NCBI GenBank assembly: GCA_965217705.1
Contig: CBDCJA010000002.1
Location: 1,738,016 to 1,802,015 of the forward strand
Reading direction: 5' to 3'
Length of the DNA stretch: 64,000 nucleotides
From: Dehalococcoidia bacterium
GTDB lineage: Bacteria > Chloroflexota > Dehalococcoidia > Lucifugimonadales > CATOSD01
Program-made: the position numbers and the translations under genes
Notes under the pieces: generated by a model
The model's input: the letters and a program-made list of their open reading frames with translations, nothing else
What the model was told of the DNA's origin: nothing
Databases searched by the model: none
In this document: positions 9,666 through 22,036 of the stretch, piece after piece
Layout: each line of letters opens with the position of its first letter
Numbering within the stretch: position 1 is the first letter of the stretch

Positions 9666-9710
9666 CACCCCCATCCTAACCTTCCCCCATCAAGGGGGAA
9701 GGGACTTTGG
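9666..9710 (+). repeat. repeat family A module (catcctaaCCTTCCCCC-n5-GGGGGAAGGgact hairpin)
   Basis: cacccccatcctaaccttcccccatcaagggggaagggactttgg, directly downstream of rplL. Near-identical copies at 24821-24853, 26995-27022/28155-28173 (split by an IS), 37504-37546, 38743-38782 and 41636-41685. Confidence 0.9.
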
Positions 9711-9717
9711 CTGGCTG

Positions 9718-10107
9718 CTACTGGACGTCGACCTTGGCGCCGGCCTCTTCGAGCTTGACCTTGATCGCCTCGGCGGCCTCCTTGCTGATGGCCTCCTTGA
9801 TGGTCGTAGGCGCGCTCTCTACGAGTTCCTTGGCCTCCTTGAGGCCCAGCGTGGTCTCCTGCCTCACCGCCTTGATGACGTTGATCTTGTTTGGGCCGAT
9901 ATCCTGGAGGAGCACGTTGAACTCGGTCTGCTCTTCTTCTTCCTCGGCGGCCTCGGCGGTGGCGGCAACGCCCTGGACGGTCGCCATCGCGACGGGCGCG
10001 GCGGCGCTAACGCCGAAGGCCTCCTCGAGCTCTTTCACCAGATCGGCGATGTCGAGCACGGATAGCCCCTTGATTGCCTCTACGATTTCATCCTTGGTCA
10101 TGGTCAT
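9718..10107 (-). CDS. rplL: 50S ribosomal protein L7/L12
   Basis: [29 protein letters not shown]...[10 protein letters not shown]...[14 protein letters not shown] at 10107 follows GGAGG. The track ORF has a spurious N-terminal extension. Confidence 0.95.
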   Translation of the reverse strand: MTMTKDEIVEAIKGLSVLDIADLVKELEEAFGVSAAAPVAMATVQGVAATAEAAEEEEEQTEFNVLLQDIGPNKINVIKAVRQETTLGLKEAKELVESAPTTIKEAISKEAAEAIKVKLEEAGAKVDVQ

Positions 10108-10168
10108 AGCGGTTAACCTCCATTCGACTGCTTGCTGCCTGTTGTTTGGGACGTTGTCTGCCCGGCGG

Positions 10169-10693
10169 CTACTGTTGTTCCAAGTTCTCCACGTGGCGTT
10201 GGAGCACCCTGGCGAGGCCGGCAATAGGGCCGTTGAGCACCCTGACCAGCCCCGCGGCGGGAGCGTTAAGCTGGCCCATCAGCCGCGAGACCAACTCCTC
10301 GCGCGAGGGCAGGAGGGCCAGGCTTCTCACTTGTTCGGCGCTCAGCGCCCGGTCACCCAGCATCCCGCCCCGTACTTCGATGCGCAGCCTGTTGGCGCGT
10401 ATGTATTCCGACAGCGTCTTGGCCGGGTCGGTCGGCTCGCCGTACCCTATCGCGATTCCCGTTGGGCCGGAGATTATCTCCTTGAAGCCGGGCCGGTTCG
10501 CGGCGTCGGCGGCCAGATGCGCGAGCCTGTTCTTGACCACGCGGTACTCGATGTCCTTGTCCCTGAGCGCGCGCCTCAGTCCGGTCATCACGCTCACGCC
10601 GATGCCCGTGTAGTCGGTGGAGACGGCGACCGTGCACTTCTCCATCCATTGGCGCATGTCTTCTACCTGTTGGACTTTGCGTTCTGCGGGCAA
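10169..10693 (-). CDS. rplJ: 50S ribosomal protein L10
   Basis: 174 aa. Position between rplA and rplL, with L10-like sequence (TDYTGI.V..MT.LR..LR). Confidence 0.93.
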   Translation of the reverse strand: MPAERKVQQVEDMRQWMEKCTVAVSTDYTGIGVSVMTGLRRALRDKDIEYRVVKNRLAHLAADAANRPGFKEIISGPTGIAIGYGEPTDPAKTLSEYIRANRLRIEVRGGMLGDRALSAEQVRSLALLPSREELVSRLMGQLNAPAAGLVRVLNGPIAGLARVLQRHVENLEQQ

Positions 10694-10919
10694 TCTGCAC
10701 CTCTATTCTTGGCGATTGTTCAGGGTCCGCCCCGGAGCCAGAAAAAAGAACCCCGGGCCTCGGCCCAGGGCGGTGGACACGGCACGGTCTGGCGCTGCGT
10801 CTCTCGTTGGGCCTGGGCGGGCCGGTTGGTTTAATCCGCGGCGGCGGAACCCGCTGTCTTCGGCGTATTCGGTTGTTGCCGCATCCGTGCCATACGACGC
10901 GGGCAGCGTAGAGTCGTGG
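10694..10919 (-). ncRNA. possible L10 (rplJL) leader / autoregulatory 5' UTR
   Basis: 226-nt GC-rich non-coding gap between rplA and rplJ, the usual location of the L10 leader. Structure was not verified. Confidence 0.3.
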
Positions 10920-11636
10920 CTATTCTACCTTCAGGGCGGTGGCGCCGACAACGTCCATCTCGATGCCCGGCCCCATGGTTGTCGTGAGGTACGCCGACCT
11001 TATGAACTGCCCCTTGACGCCGCTGGGGCGCGCGCGGACTATGGCGTCCATGACGGCGGTGAGGTTATCCATGAGCTGTTCCTCTTCGAAGCTGGCCTTG
11101 CCGATTGCGGCGTGGATGAGCGCCGTGCGGTCGAGGCGGTACTCCACCCTGCCCTTCTTAGCGTCGGCAATCGCCCGGGGCAGGTCTTCGGCCTGAACCA
11201 CGGTGCCCGTTCTGGGGTTGGGCATAAGCCCCTTGCGGCCCAGGTGCCGTCCCAGCCTGCCAATGCGGCCCATCACTTCGGGCGTGGCAATCGAGACGTC
11301 GAAGTCGGACCAGCCGCCCTCGATGCTCTTGATTATCTCGTCGTCGGCGATGTAGTCGGCGCCGGCGCCGTCAGCAATCGAAACCGCCTCGCCGCTGGTG
11401 AACACCATGACGCGGATGGGCTTGCCCACGCCGTGGGGTAACTGCGCCACTCCGCGCACCATCTGGTCGGCGTGGCGCGGGTCTGCGCCGGTGCGCAGAT
11501 GGACCTCTACCGTCTCGTCGAACTTCGCCGTGGCGGTGCGCTTGATGAGAGCCACAGCGTCGTCTGGGGCGTAGTTGTGACCCTGTTCGATGAGGCTCTC
11601 GGCCTCCTTGTATCGCTTTCCTCGCTTGGTTGCCAT
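10920..11636 (-). CDS. rplA: 50S ribosomal protein L1
   Basis: 238 aa. KRGKRY...FDETVEVH..LG.DPR..DQ.VRG motifs. Confidence 0.95.
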   Translation of the reverse strand: MATKRGKRYKEAESLIEQGHNYAPDDAVALIKRTATAKFDETVEVHLRTGADPRHADQMVRGVAQLPHGVGKPIRVMVFTSGEAVSIADGAGADYIADDEIIKSIEGGWSDFDVSIATPEVMGRIGRLGRHLGRKGLMPNPRTGTVVQAEDLPRAIADAKKGRVEYRLDRTALIHAAIGKASFEEEQLMDNLTAVMDAIVRARPSGVKGQFIRSAYLTTTMGPGIEMDVVGATALKVE

Positions 11637-11684
11637 CGTTTGGCTCCTATGCCCGGCCCCTCAAGACACTCCCAGGGGAAGTCT

Positions 11685-12113
11685 CTACGCTCTTATGACC
11701 TCAATGCCCATGCTGCGCGCGGTGCCTTCGATGATGCTGATCGCGCCGTCGATATCGGCGGCGTTGAGGTCTTTCATCTTGGCCTCGGCGATCTCCCGAA
11801 CCTGGTCGCGCCTGATGGTGGCGATCTTATCGGTGCGGGCGCTTCCGCTGCCCTTTTCGACCCCGGCGGCCTTTTTGAGCAGTTCCGACGCAGGAGGACT
11901 CTTGATAACGAAATTGAACGAGCGGTCCTCGAAGACGGTAAGCTCTACCGGGATGATGGTGCCCATCTGCGAGGCGGTGCGCTCGTTGTATTCCTTCACG
12001 AAGCCCATTATGTTGACGCCGTGCTGACCCAGGGCAGGGCCGACCGGCGGCGCGGGCGTCGCTTTGCCCGCGCTTATCTGTAACTTGATTATGGCCCTGA
12101 CTTTCTTAGCCAA
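11685..12113 (-). CDS. rplK: 50S ribosomal protein L11
   Basis: 142 aa. [31 protein letters not shown] motif. Confidence 0.95.
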   Translation of the reverse strand: MAKKVRAIIKLQISAGKATPAPPVGPALGQHGVNIMGFVKEYNERTASQMGTIIPVELTVFEDRSFNFVIKSPPASELLKKAAGVEKGSGSARTDKIATIRRDQVREIAEAKMKDLNAADIDGAISIIEGTARSMGIEVIRA

Positions 12114-12173
12114 GAGCTGCCACCTCTCTCCGGGCAGGGGCCGCCCCTCTCGGGCGGCGGAAGGCGGGGCTTG

Positions 12174-12743
12174 CTAGGCCCGTTCCACCTGCAAAAAATC
12201 CAACTCAACGGGAGTCTCACGTCCGAAGAAGGACACGAGCACCCTCACCTTTGCCCTGTCCGAGAACACCTCGTCGACAGTGCCCATGAAATCCACGAAC
12301 GGACCATCGGTTATCCGCACCTTCTGGCCCTTGTCGTAGCCGACGCGCACGCGCGGCTTGTCGGAGACCATCTGTTTGAGGATGAGTCCGACCTCCCGTT
12401 CCTCGAGTGGCACGGGCTTTGGCCGTCGCTCAATCTCGTCCTCGACCGAGACGAAGCCGGACACGCCGGGGGTGTTGCGTACAGCGTACCAACCCTCGTC
12501 GTCCATCTTCATCTGTACCAGTATGTAACCCGGGAATATCTTGCGGGCTACGGACCTGCGCTGGCCGCCCTTGATCTCAATTTCTTCCTCGGTCGGCACG
12601 ACGACTTGGAGGATCTTCTCCTTCATGTCCATCGTGGCGACGCGCTGCTCGAGGTTTCGCTTAACGCGCTCTTCCTGTCCCGAGTAGGCGTGGATTATGT
12701 ACCAGCGGGCCTCGGGCTCTTGATCTTGTCTAGGCTCTTCCAT
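12174..12743 (-). CDS. nusG: transcription termination/antitermination factor NusG
   Basis: ATG at 12743 (track ORF is over-extended). [22 protein letters not shown] and the KOW region G..V.I.DGPF..F.G.V. Confidence 0.93.
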   Translation of the reverse strand: MEEPRQDQEPEARWYIIHAYSGQEERVKRNLEQRVATMDMKEKILQVVVPTEEEIEIKGGQRRSVARKIFPGYILVQMKMDDEGWYAVRNTPGVSGFVSVEDEIERRPKPVPLEEREVGLILKQMVSDKPRVRVGYDKGQKVRITDGPFVDFMGTVDEVFSDRAKVRVLVSFFGRETPVELDFLQVERA

Positions 12744-12748
12744 ATAGC

Positions 12749-12985
12749 TCAACCGCCAAGGATAAAGGTGAGCAGCTCGCCGAACCCGAGGTCGACGATG
12801 CCGAGGAACACGCCAATGACGGCGGACACGGCGACGACCATGAGCGACAGTCGCCAAGTCTCCCGGGGCGTGGGCCAGGTGACGCGGCGCAGCTCAGAGA
12901 CTACGTCTCCGAACATGCGGAAGCTGAGAGCTCTGCGGGCCGCATCCGTTGTAACGCGGCGGGATGCCCCCGCGTTTCGCGCCAT
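12749..12985 (-). CDS. secE: preprotein translocase subunit SecE
   Basis: 78 aa. ELRRVTWPT..ET motif followed by a single TM helix. Lies between rpmG and nusG. Confidence 0.9.
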   Translation of the reverse strand: MARNAGASRRVTTDAARRALSFRMFGDVVSELRRVTWPTPRETWRLSLMVVAVSAVIGVFLGIVDLGFGELLTFILGG

Positions 12986-12989
12986 GCGG

Positions 12990-13157
12990 CTACCTCACCT
13001 CTCGGTGCAGGGTGTGTGCGCGGCAGCGTGGGCAGAATTTCTGGAGCTCAATACGTTGCGGGTCGCTTCGCCTATTCTTCGAGGACGTGTAGGTGCGCTC
13101 TCTGCAATCGACGCAGCCCAGGGTTATGACCAATCTTGCTTCGGTTCTGCGAGCCAT
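12990..13157 (-). CDS. rpmG: 50S ribosomal protein L33
   Basis: Not in the ORF track (55 aa). My translation is MARRTEARLVITLGCVDCRERTYTSSKNRRSDPQRIELQKFCPRCRAHTLHREVR with stop at 12990-12992. CxxC...CxxC L33 pattern and conserved position after tuf. Confidence 0.85.
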   Translation of the reverse strand: MARRTEARLVITLGCVDCRERTYTSSKNRRSDPQRIELQKFCPRCRAHTLHREVR

Positions 13158-13162
13158 AACGC

Positions 13163-14362
13163 CTACTTGATGACCTTGATGATCACGCCGGAGCCAACGG
13201 TGCGCCCGCCTTCGCGGACGGCGAACCGTAGCTGCTCGTCCATGGCGACCGGCGTGATGAGCTTGATCTTCATCTCGATGTTGTCGCCGGGCATCACCAT
13301 TTCGATGCCTTCAGGCAGCTCAATCTCACCCGTCACGTCGGTGGTGCGGATGTAGAACTGCGGCTTGTAGCCGTTGAAGAAGGGCGTGTGCCGTCCGCCC
13401 TCCTCCCTGCTGAGCACGTACACGTTGGCCTCGTACTCGGTGTGCGGCATAATGCTGCCGGGCGCTGCAAGCACCTGGCCTCGCTCGATGCCGTCGCGAT
13501 CCACGCCGCGCAGCAGCACGCCAACGGCGTCGCCGGGCTGGGCCTCGTCCAACGTCTTGTGGAACATCTCCACGCCGGTCACCACCGTGGCGTTCGTATC
13601 GCGTATACCCACCACCTCGATGGGCTGGCCTACCTTGACGACGCCCTGCTCGACGCGGCCGGTGACGACGGTTCCACGGCCCTTGATACCGAACACGTCC
13701 TCCACAGGCATGAGGAAGGGCTGGTCCATGGGCCGGTCCGGTATGGGGATGTACTGGTCGACGGCCTCCAGCAACTCCCAGATGCCCTTGCCCCACTCTG
13801 AGTCGCGGCTCACGTCCTCCGCTTCGAGGGCGTTGAGGGCGCTGACGCGGACTATGGGGATGTCGTCGCCGGGGAAGCCGTACTCGGACAGCAGGTCTCG
13901 CAGCTCGAGCTCGACAAGCTCCAGCAGTTCCTCGTCGTCCATGGCGTCCACCTTGTTGAGCGCCACCACGATAGCGGGCACCTCGACCTGGCGGGCGAGC
14001 AGGATGTGCTCGCGCGTCTGCGGCATAGGCCCGTCGGGGGCGCTAACCACGAGTATGGCGCCGTCCATCTGCGCCGCGCCGGTAATCATGTTCTTGATGT
14101 AGTCGGCGTGGCCGGGGCAGTCGACGTGCGCGTAGTGACGGCCATCGGTCTCGTATTCCACGTGCTGGATGGCAATGGTAACGCCGCGCGCCTTTTCTTC
14201 GGGGGCGTTGTCGATGCTGTCGAACGGCCGGTAGTTCGCCAGGCCCTGCTCGCCAAGCACGCGTGTTATCGCCGACGTCAGCGTGGTCTTGCCGTGGTCC
14301 ACGTGCCCAATCGTGCCCACGTTCACGTGCGGCTTTGTCCTCTCAAACCTTACCTTTGCCAA
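13163..14362 (-). CDS. tuf: elongation factor Tu
   Basis: 399 aa. [18 protein letters not shown] and NKVD GTPase motifs. TTG start. Confidence 0.97.
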   Translation of the reverse strand: MAKVRFERTKPHVNVGTIGHVDHGKTTLTSAITRVLGEQGLANYRPFDSIDNAPEEKARGVTIAIQHVEYETDGRHYAHVDCPGHADYIKNMITGAAQMDGAILVVSAPDGPMPQTREHILLARQVEVPAIVVALNKVDAMDDEELLELVELELRDLLSEYGFPGDDIPIVRVSALNALEAEDVSRDSEWGKGIWELLEAVDQYIPIPDRPMDQPFLMPVEDVFGIKGRGTVVTGRVEQGVVKVGQPIEVVGIRDTNATVVTGVEMFHKTLDEAQPGDAVGVLLRGVDRDGIERGQVLAAPGSIMPHTEYEANVYVLSREEGGRHTPFFNGYKPQFYIRTTDVTGEIELPEGIEMVMPGDNIEMKIKLITPVAMDEQLRFAVREGGRTVGSGVIIKVIK

Positions 14363-14381
14363 CTTTTGCCCTCCCTGGTTG

Positions 14382-14457
14382 TGGAGCCCACAAGCAGATT
14401 CGAACTGCTGACCTCGTTCTTACCAAGAACGCGCTCTACCTACTGAGCTATGTGGGC
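14382..14457 (-). tRNA. tRNA-Thr (anticodon GGU), CCA encoded
   Basis: Reverse complement folds as a canonical cloverleaf: GCCCACA TA GCTC AGTAGGTA GAGC G CGTTC TTGGTAA GAACG AGGTC AGCAG TTCGAAT CTGCT TGTGGGC T CCA. Confidence 0.9.
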
Positions 14458-14487
14458 GGTGTGTTGTGATTTGCGTCTCATCTGTGC

Positions 14488-14575
14488 TGGTGGGGGGGAC
14501 AGGATTCGAACCTGTGTAGTCCTTCCGGACGCCAGATTTACAGTCTGGTGGTATTAACCACTCACCCACCCCCCC
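14488..14575 (-). tRNA. tRNA-Tyr (anticodon GUA), long variable arm, CCA encoded
   Basis: Reverse complement: GGGGGGG acceptor, anticodon loop CTGTAAA, long extra arm, T arm ACAGG TTCGAAT CCTGT, then CCCCCCC A CCA. Confidence 0.85.
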
Positions 14576-14599
14576 AAGTCGGGGCCAAGCACGGCTACA

Positions 14600-14628
14600 A
14601 TTTTAGCATAGCGCTACATTCAATCCAA
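14600..14628 (-). promoter_or_regulatory. candidate sigma-70 promoter for the tRNA-Tyr/tRNA-Thr/tuf unit
   Basis: Minus strand reads TTGGAT (14623-14628), a 17-nt spacer, then TAAAAT (14600-14605), about 25 nt upstream of the tRNA-Tyr 5' end. Confidence 0.5.
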
Positions 14629-14638
14629 TACTTGGCGA

Positions 14639-14671
14639 CCTCACCGCGCGCCCTCCGGCTGCGCGGTGAGG
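14639..14671 (-). terminator. GC-rich hairpin downstream of tRNA-Thr(UGU); possible terminator or processing site
   Basis: cctcaccgcgc-n11-gcgcggtgagg gives an 11-bp stem. There is no clear U-tract. Confidence 0.3.
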
Positions 14672-14737
14672 CTGCAATCGGCAATGTTGCGACGGGGTGT
14701 TCGAAGTCCGGGCGAGCGGCTTGAGGCGTAGTCGAAA

Positions 14738-14811
14738 AGCCCCAGAGGGGACTCGAACCCACTAACCTGCCGATTACAAATCGGCTGCGCTGCCTGTTGC
14801 GCCACTGGGGC
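14738..14811 (-). tRNA. tRNA-Thr (anticodon UGU), slightly atypical, no encoded CCA
   Basis: Reverse complement: GCCCCAG TG GCGC AACAGGCA GCGC A GCCGA TTTGTAA TCGGC AGGTTA GTGGG TTCGAGT CCCCT CTGGGGC T. It has a 6-nt variable loop and one T-stem mismatch. Confidence 0.6.
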
Positions 14812-15004
14812 ACGATCCGCCCGAATGCGGACGCGGACGCCGCCCGCGCTCGTCTCGGACTGCTTTCCGGGGGCCTCCTCGATGCTCCAACACCAAACAG
14901 GCTAGCCGTCACACGTCGACAACTAGCCCGAAACTGGCCTTTCATGCTAGCAGAAGCGGCCAGTCAGGTCAAGCAAGTCGTAGTTGTTTTCCGCGGGGAC
15001 GGTT

Positions 15005-15030
15005 CCGCCACCTGCCATGGCAGGTGGCGG
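15005..15030 (-). terminator. perfect palindromic hairpin just downstream of larC
   Basis: ccgccacctgc catg gcaggtggcgg gives an 11-bp stem and 4-nt loop, 22 nt after the larC stop. The U-tract is weak. Confidence 0.35.
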
Positions 15031-15051
15031 AGCGGCGAGTCGACAGGTCGC

Positions 15052-16239
15052 TTACAGCAGGTTGGATTCGGCCTGGCGCTGTGTCTCGCGGTACACGTGC
15101 TGCAGCGGCAAGCCGCGCTCCAGCGCCACGCGTCGGCAGTCGTCGAACTCGGGAGCAACGGATACGGTGCGCCCGTCCAGGCGCTTGACCTTGACGCGCA
15201 TGATGCCGAACTCGGTTTCGACGCTGACCACTTCGCGCTCTACTTCGTATCGCCTGAGTGGTCGCACGCGGACGCCCAGCGTCGAAGTCTCGGCTACCAT
15301 CGCGCGGAGGGCGTCCGCCTCGGCATCCCTTGGAACGATGGCGCTCAGCATTGTCCCGGGGCGGTTCTTCTTCATCTGTATGGGCGTGAACCAGACGTCC
15401 CTCGCTCCGAGCGCGAAGAGCCGCTCCTGCGCGTATGCGAGCATCTCGCCGCTCATGTCGTCGATGTTCGTCTCCAGAAGCGTAACTCCCTCGGAGTATG
15501 CCGCCCCGGTCTCCTCGCCGAGCCAGAGGCCCAGCGCGTTCGGATACTGCTCCGGGTCTCGCGAGCCAAGCCCGTAGCCCACGCGCGTCAGCGCCATTTC
15601 GGGCTGCCGGAACTCCGCGAGCGTCGTTAGTATGGCCGCCCCCGTTGGCGTCACCATCTCCCCCGTCCGGCGGGCGTTGCGAGGCGCGGGCACCACGGGC
15701 GTGTTGGACATGGCGAACAGGGCAGCCGTTGCGGGCGACGGCACTGGCAACAGGCCGTGTGCGCTGTCGATTACCCCGGAGCCGGTGGGCAGCGGCGAGC
15801 AGTAGACGCGGTCCACGCCGAGCAGGTGCAACCCTGCCACGGCACCCACAACGTCGACGAGCGTGTCCAGCTCGCCGAGCTCGTGCAGTCGCGTGCTCTC
15901 CGCGGCCGTGCCGTGCACGCGCGACTCCGCCTCGCCGAGCCTGTTGAAGACGGCGCACGCGCGGTCGACGACCTCCCTGGGCAAGTCCGAGGCGCGGGTG
16001 ATCCGTATGAAGTCTTGCCAGTGGCGGGGGCGCCTGGCCTCGTCGGTCAGCTCGACTGTGACGAGCGTTCCGTTCACTCCGCGCCGGCTGGCACGGCCCA
16101 CGTCCAGCGCGAACCCCTCCGCGTCGAGCCTGGCGAGCTGCGCCTCGAGGTCGGCGGGTCGCACGCCGCAATCGACGAGCGCGCCGAGGATCATGTCCCC
16201 GCTCGCGCCGCCTATGGAATCGAAGTACGCGACGCTCAA
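15052..16239 (-). CDS. larC: nickel insertion protein LarC (UPF0272 family)
   Basis: 395 aa. N-terminal YFDSIGGASGDMILGALVD is the LarC family signature. 4-nt overlap with radA. Confidence 0.85.
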   Translation of the reverse strand: MSVAYFDSIGGASGDMILGALVDCGVRPADLEAQLARLDAEGFALDVGRASRRGVNGTLVTVELTDEARRPRHWQDFIRITRASDLPREVVDRACAVFNRLGEAESRVHGTAAESTRLHELGELDTLVDVVGAVAGLHLLGVDRVYCSPLPTGSGVIDSAHGLLPVPSPATAALFAMSNTPVVPAPRNARRTGEMVTPTGAAILTTLAEFRQPEMALTRVGYGLGSRDPEQYPNALGLWLGEETGAAYSEGVTLLETNIDDMSGEMLAYAQERLFALGARDVWFTPIQMKKNRPGTMLSAIVPRDAEADALRAMVAETSTLGVRVRPLRRYEVEREVVSVETEFGIMRVKVKRLDGRTVSVAPEFDDCRRVALERGLPLQHVYRETQRQAESNLL

Positions 16240-17666
16240 CGCTGACTGCCGAATCCGGCACCGGCCGGCTGCGGCCTTACCTGTGCCCGCTCCTGGGGTG
16301 GGAGCGCAAGCCGCAGTGCCTCCGCCAGCGTTCGAACCTGGCTCACGGCTGGCCCGCCGGGAGCGCGGGGGCGTTCGTCATCGCCCGGGCCGCCTGGCCC
16401 TATGCAGGGTCCGAGACCTAGGCGGGTTACCTCTTGCGCGCGCCGCTCGAGCTGGGACACCGCCCTCACCTCGCCGGTCAGGCCGAGTTCGCCCACGGCC
16501 GCGATTCCGGGGGCTATGGGCTGGTTCTTCAGGCTGGATGCTATGGCGAGGGCCACGCCCAGGTCACCGGCGGGCTCGCTGAGACGAACGCCTCCCGCGA
16601 CGTTGACGACGATGTCCTGTCCGGCGAGGGCGACGCCGGCGTGGCGGCTCATCACGGCGCACACCAGAAGCAACCGATTGAAGTCGATGCCGGTCGCCAC
16701 GCGCCTCGGCTGGGGGAGCATCGAGGGCATGGTCAACGCCTGCACCTCCACGAGCATGGGCCGGCTGCCCTTCATCGTCGCCACGATAACCGAGCCGACG
16801 GCGCCGTCGGTGCGCCCGGCGAGAAACGTGCGGGAAGGATCTCTTACCTCTTTCAGGCCCTCGGCTGCCATGTCGAACACGCAGATCTCGTTGGTGGAGC
16901 CGAAGCGGTTCTTGGTGCTCCTCAGCAGACGCCAAGCGCCGTTGGCGTCGCCCTCCATGTAGAGCACAACGTCGACCAGGTGCTCGAGCAGCCTGGGGCC
17001 GGCGACGTCGCCCTCCTTGGTCACGTGGCCGCTCAGGAACGCGGGCGTGCCGGTAGCCTTGACCCACTCCATCAGCCTCTGGGCGCACTCGCGAATCTGG
17101 GCCACGCTGCCCGGGGCGGCAGTGAGGCTGTCGTCGTGCAGTGTCTGGATGGAGTCGACCACGACCAAGGCAGGCCTATGGGCGTCAAGCCGCGCGAGCA
17201 CTGCGGAGAGGTTGGTCTCTGGCAACAGGAACAGGCCGCGCCCGTCGATTCCGAGCCGGTCGGCGCGCATCTTCACCTGCGGCGCCGACTCTTCTCCCGA
17301 CACGTACAGGGTCTGACCGTGCGAGGCCGAAACGTCGGCCGCCAACTGGAGCAGCAGGGTGGACTTGCCTATGCCCGGCTCACCGTACAGCAGCGCGAGC
17401 GAGCCTGGAACGACGCCGCCGCCGAGCACGCGGTTGAACTCGTCAAGAGAGAGCTCGATGCGGGGCAGCTCCCTGGTGGAGACCTGGGACAACTCGCGCG
17501 CGGGCGTCGAGGGGATGTCGGCCCTGACGGCCGCGACACGATCCGCTACCGCGACCTCGAAGAGCGTGTTCCATTCAGAGCACGCGGGGCACCGGCCTTC
17601 CCACTTGGGCGTCTCGTTGCCGCAGCTATCGCATACGAAGGCGGACTTTAGTCTGGCCCTGGGCAT
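16236..17666 (-). CDS. radA: DNA repair protein RadA/Sms
   Basis: ATG at 17666. N-terminal zinc finger FVCDSCGNETPKWEGRCPAC, Walker A GEPGIGKST, KNRFG motif and a Lon-like C-terminus. Confidence 0.93.
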   Translation of the reverse strand: MPRARLKSAFVCDSCGNETPKWEGRCPACSEWNTLFEVAVADRVAAVRADIPSTPARELSQVSTRELPRIELSLDEFNRVLGGGVVPGSLALLYGEPGIGKSTLLLQLAADVSASHGQTLYVSGEESAPQVKMRADRLGIDGRGLFLLPETNLSAVLARLDAHRPALVVVDSIQTLHDDSLTAAPGSVAQIRECAQRLMEWVKATGTPAFLSGHVTKEGDVAGPRLLEHLVDVVLYMEGDANGAWRLLRSTKNRFGSTNEICVFDMAAEGLKEVRDPSRTFLAGRTDGAVGSVIVATMKGSRPMLVEVQALTMPSMLPQPRRVATGIDFNRLLLVCAVMSRHAGVALAGQDIVVNVAGGVRLSEPAGDLGVALAIASSLKNQPIAPGIAAVGELGLTGEVRAVSQLERRAQEVTRLGLGPCIGPGGPGDDERPRAPGGPAVSQVRTLAEALRLALPPQERAQVRPQPAGAGFGSQR

Positions 17667-17744
17667 GATCAGTGGCCTCGCAGGCGACGCGCAGGCGCGA
17701 CTACACCGCACACGGGAGCGCACCCGGAGTTAGTCGGCCCGCGT

Positions 17745-20237
<2,493 letters not shown>

Positions 20238-20281
20238 GTCTTTTCTCCTATCAGAAGTTTGCGATTGTCACAGAATAGAGC

Positions 20282-21433
20282 CTAGAATCCTCCAAACTCC
20301 CCTTCTTCCAAAGCCTGTTTCAGGCTAAGGCCCAATCGCCTTCTCTCCGGTTCGATCTTCAAGATCTTCAGCTTTAGGGTCTCACCCTCTCGAACTATCT
20401 CTCGCGGATGGCCAATCATCCTCGTGCTAAGTTCGGAGATGTGCACCAAGCCCTCAACCGAGCCCTCGACCCGGGCGAAAGCGCCAAAGTTCATCAGCTT
20501 GGTTATGGTCGCGTCGACGATGTCACCGACAACGTGCCGCTCGTGGATGGTCTCCCACGGCTCCGGTTGCAGACGCCTGAGGCTCAGGGCGATCTTCTTG
20601 TTCTGCGCGTCGACCCGCAGCACGTACACGTCGATCTCGTCGCCGAGCTTGACGATCTCCTCGATGGACTTGACCGGGTGCCAGGACAGCTCCGAGATGT
20701 GGATAAGCCCATCGGCTCCACCCAGATCGACGAATGCGCCGAAGCTGCTGATACCGGTAACTTTGCCGCTGCGGACGTCGCCCTCGGTCAGCTCCTTGAT
20801 GAGCCGCGCTTTCTGGGCCTCGCGCTGCTCCTGTACCGCCTGCCGTTCGGAGAAGATGGCGCGGTTTCGGCCCCGGTTGATCTCCAAAATCTTAAGCTGG
20901 AGCACCTTGCCAACGGACTCGGCACGGGGATCGACCGTAGGTGGCTGTTTCTCGCCGGTCTGCTCCGACTTGGTGTCGGACTCTTCCTGCCTGCGCTGGT
21001 ACTCGCGGAACTGGTCGTGGGGCACGCTCACCAGTTGCGACATGGGGACAAAGCCCTGAATAGTCTCAACGTCCACTATGGCGCCGCCGCGGTTAAAGCC
21101 CAGTATGGTGCCCTGCACGGTGTCGCCGTTGCCCATCATCGCTTCCAGCTCGTGCCAGGCCTTTTCGCCAATGGCCCTGTCGATGGACAGGATGGCAGAG
21201 CCTTCGTCGGAGGAATCGCGAATGACGAACGTCACGACGGAGGAGCCGACTTCCAGTCGCTCCGCGTCCTCCGGGCTGATCGAGCGCATCTCTCTCTGAG
21301 GAACGACGCCCTCGGCCTTGTGGCCTATGCTAACGAGCAGGCCTTCGGAATCGACGCGCATCACGATGCCCTCGACAACGTCGCCCCGCCGCAGAGGCTT
21401 CAGTGACTCCACGGAGTCAATGAATTCCCCCAT
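20282..21433 (-). CDS. rpsA: 30S ribosomal protein S1
   Basis: ATG at 21433 (track ORF is over-extended). 383 aa with four tandem S1/OB repeats (G.V.G.V..I..FGAFV.L.G..GL.H.SE). Confidence 0.9.
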   Translation of the reverse strand: MGEFIDSVESLKPLRRGDVVEGIVMRVDSEGLLVSIGHKAEGVVPQREMRSISPEDAERLEVGSSVVTFVIRDSSDEGSAILSIDRAIGEKAWHELEAMMGNGDTVQGTILGFNRGGAIVDVETIQGFVPMSQLVSVPHDQFREYQRRQEESDTKSEQTGEKQPPTVDPRAESVGKVLQLKILEINRGRNRAIFSERQAVQEQREAQKARLIKELTEGDVRSGKVTGISSFGAFVDLGGADGLIHISELSWHPVKSIEEIVKLGDEIDVYVLRVDAQNKKIALSLRRLQPEPWETIHERHVVGDIVDATITKLMNFGAFARVEGSVEGLVHISELSTRMIGHPREIVREGETLKLKILKIEPERRRLGLSLKQALEEGEFGGF

Positions 21434-21631
21434 GTCTTGGACTTGGCCTTGCTCCTCCGGAGAATTCAAACTCAACAAAACAACTACCACCGTGTTTATT
21501 CGGGCATTGCCCAACACCCACAATTATATGTGCATAGCTAGGGCGTGTAAAGCCGAAACGTATCGGCAAATCGGAAGGGATTGGGGAAAACGGGGCTTTG
21601 AGCGAGTTTCGACCGGCCACAATGCAGCGAG

Positions 21632-21752
21632 CCCCCTGGCAGTGACCTATTTTCCCACGTCCTTGCGGGCGCAGTATCGTCAGCGCTGAGGCGTTTCACT
21701 GCCGTGTTCGGGATGGGAACGGGTGGGACCGCCTCGCCAGAACCACCAAGGG
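21632..21752 (-). rRNA. rrf: 5S ribosomal RNA, unlinked to any 23S/16S gene in this window
   Basis: Reverse complement is CCCTTGGTGGTTCTGGCGAGGCGGTCCCACCCGTTCCCATCCCGAACACGGCAGTGAAACGCCTCAGCGCTGACGATACTGCGCCCGCAAGGACGTGGGAAAATAGGTCACTGCCAGGGGG. It matches the universal bacterial 5S core (CCCACC.G..CCAT.CCGAAC.C.G.AGT.AAAC...AGCGC.GA.GATACT), and the ends pair as helix I. Confidence 0.92.
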
Positions 21753-21820
21753 ACGCTCGTTTGCGATTGTGGCATGCCGCCCAGGAAATGCTCTTCCAGA
21801 CGACTGCCGTTTGGCGGCAC

Positions 21821-21850
21821 AGTCTACACCAGCGCAGGGCGCGGTGTCAA
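21821..21850 (-). promoter_or_regulatory. candidate sigma-70 promoter driving the orphan 5S gene
   Basis: Minus strand reads TTGACA (21845-21850), an 18-nt spacer, then TAGACT (21821-21826), about 65-70 nt upstream of the 5S 5' end. Confidence 0.5.
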
Positions 21851-22036
21851 CGCTCGTATTGCCCGGAACTGAGTGACGTGGGGATAGGTGAGCGTGGCAC
21901 GGAAGCGGGGCTGTCGGCTACGCCATCGGCTGGTGTACCATAGGCCGAGCACGGCCGAGCGCGGGAGGCGAGAGGAGGGTAATCACGATGAACTCTCAGA
22001 TCAAAATGGGGGGCAATCGCGCTGGTCGGCGCACCC

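Noticed and set aside
21753-22036. Searched for a 23S 3' end, a tRNA or a 16S fragment upstream of the 5S gene.
   Set aside because: No rRNA-like or tRNA-like sequence is recognisable. Only a promoter-like element and the 5' region of the next protein gene are present.
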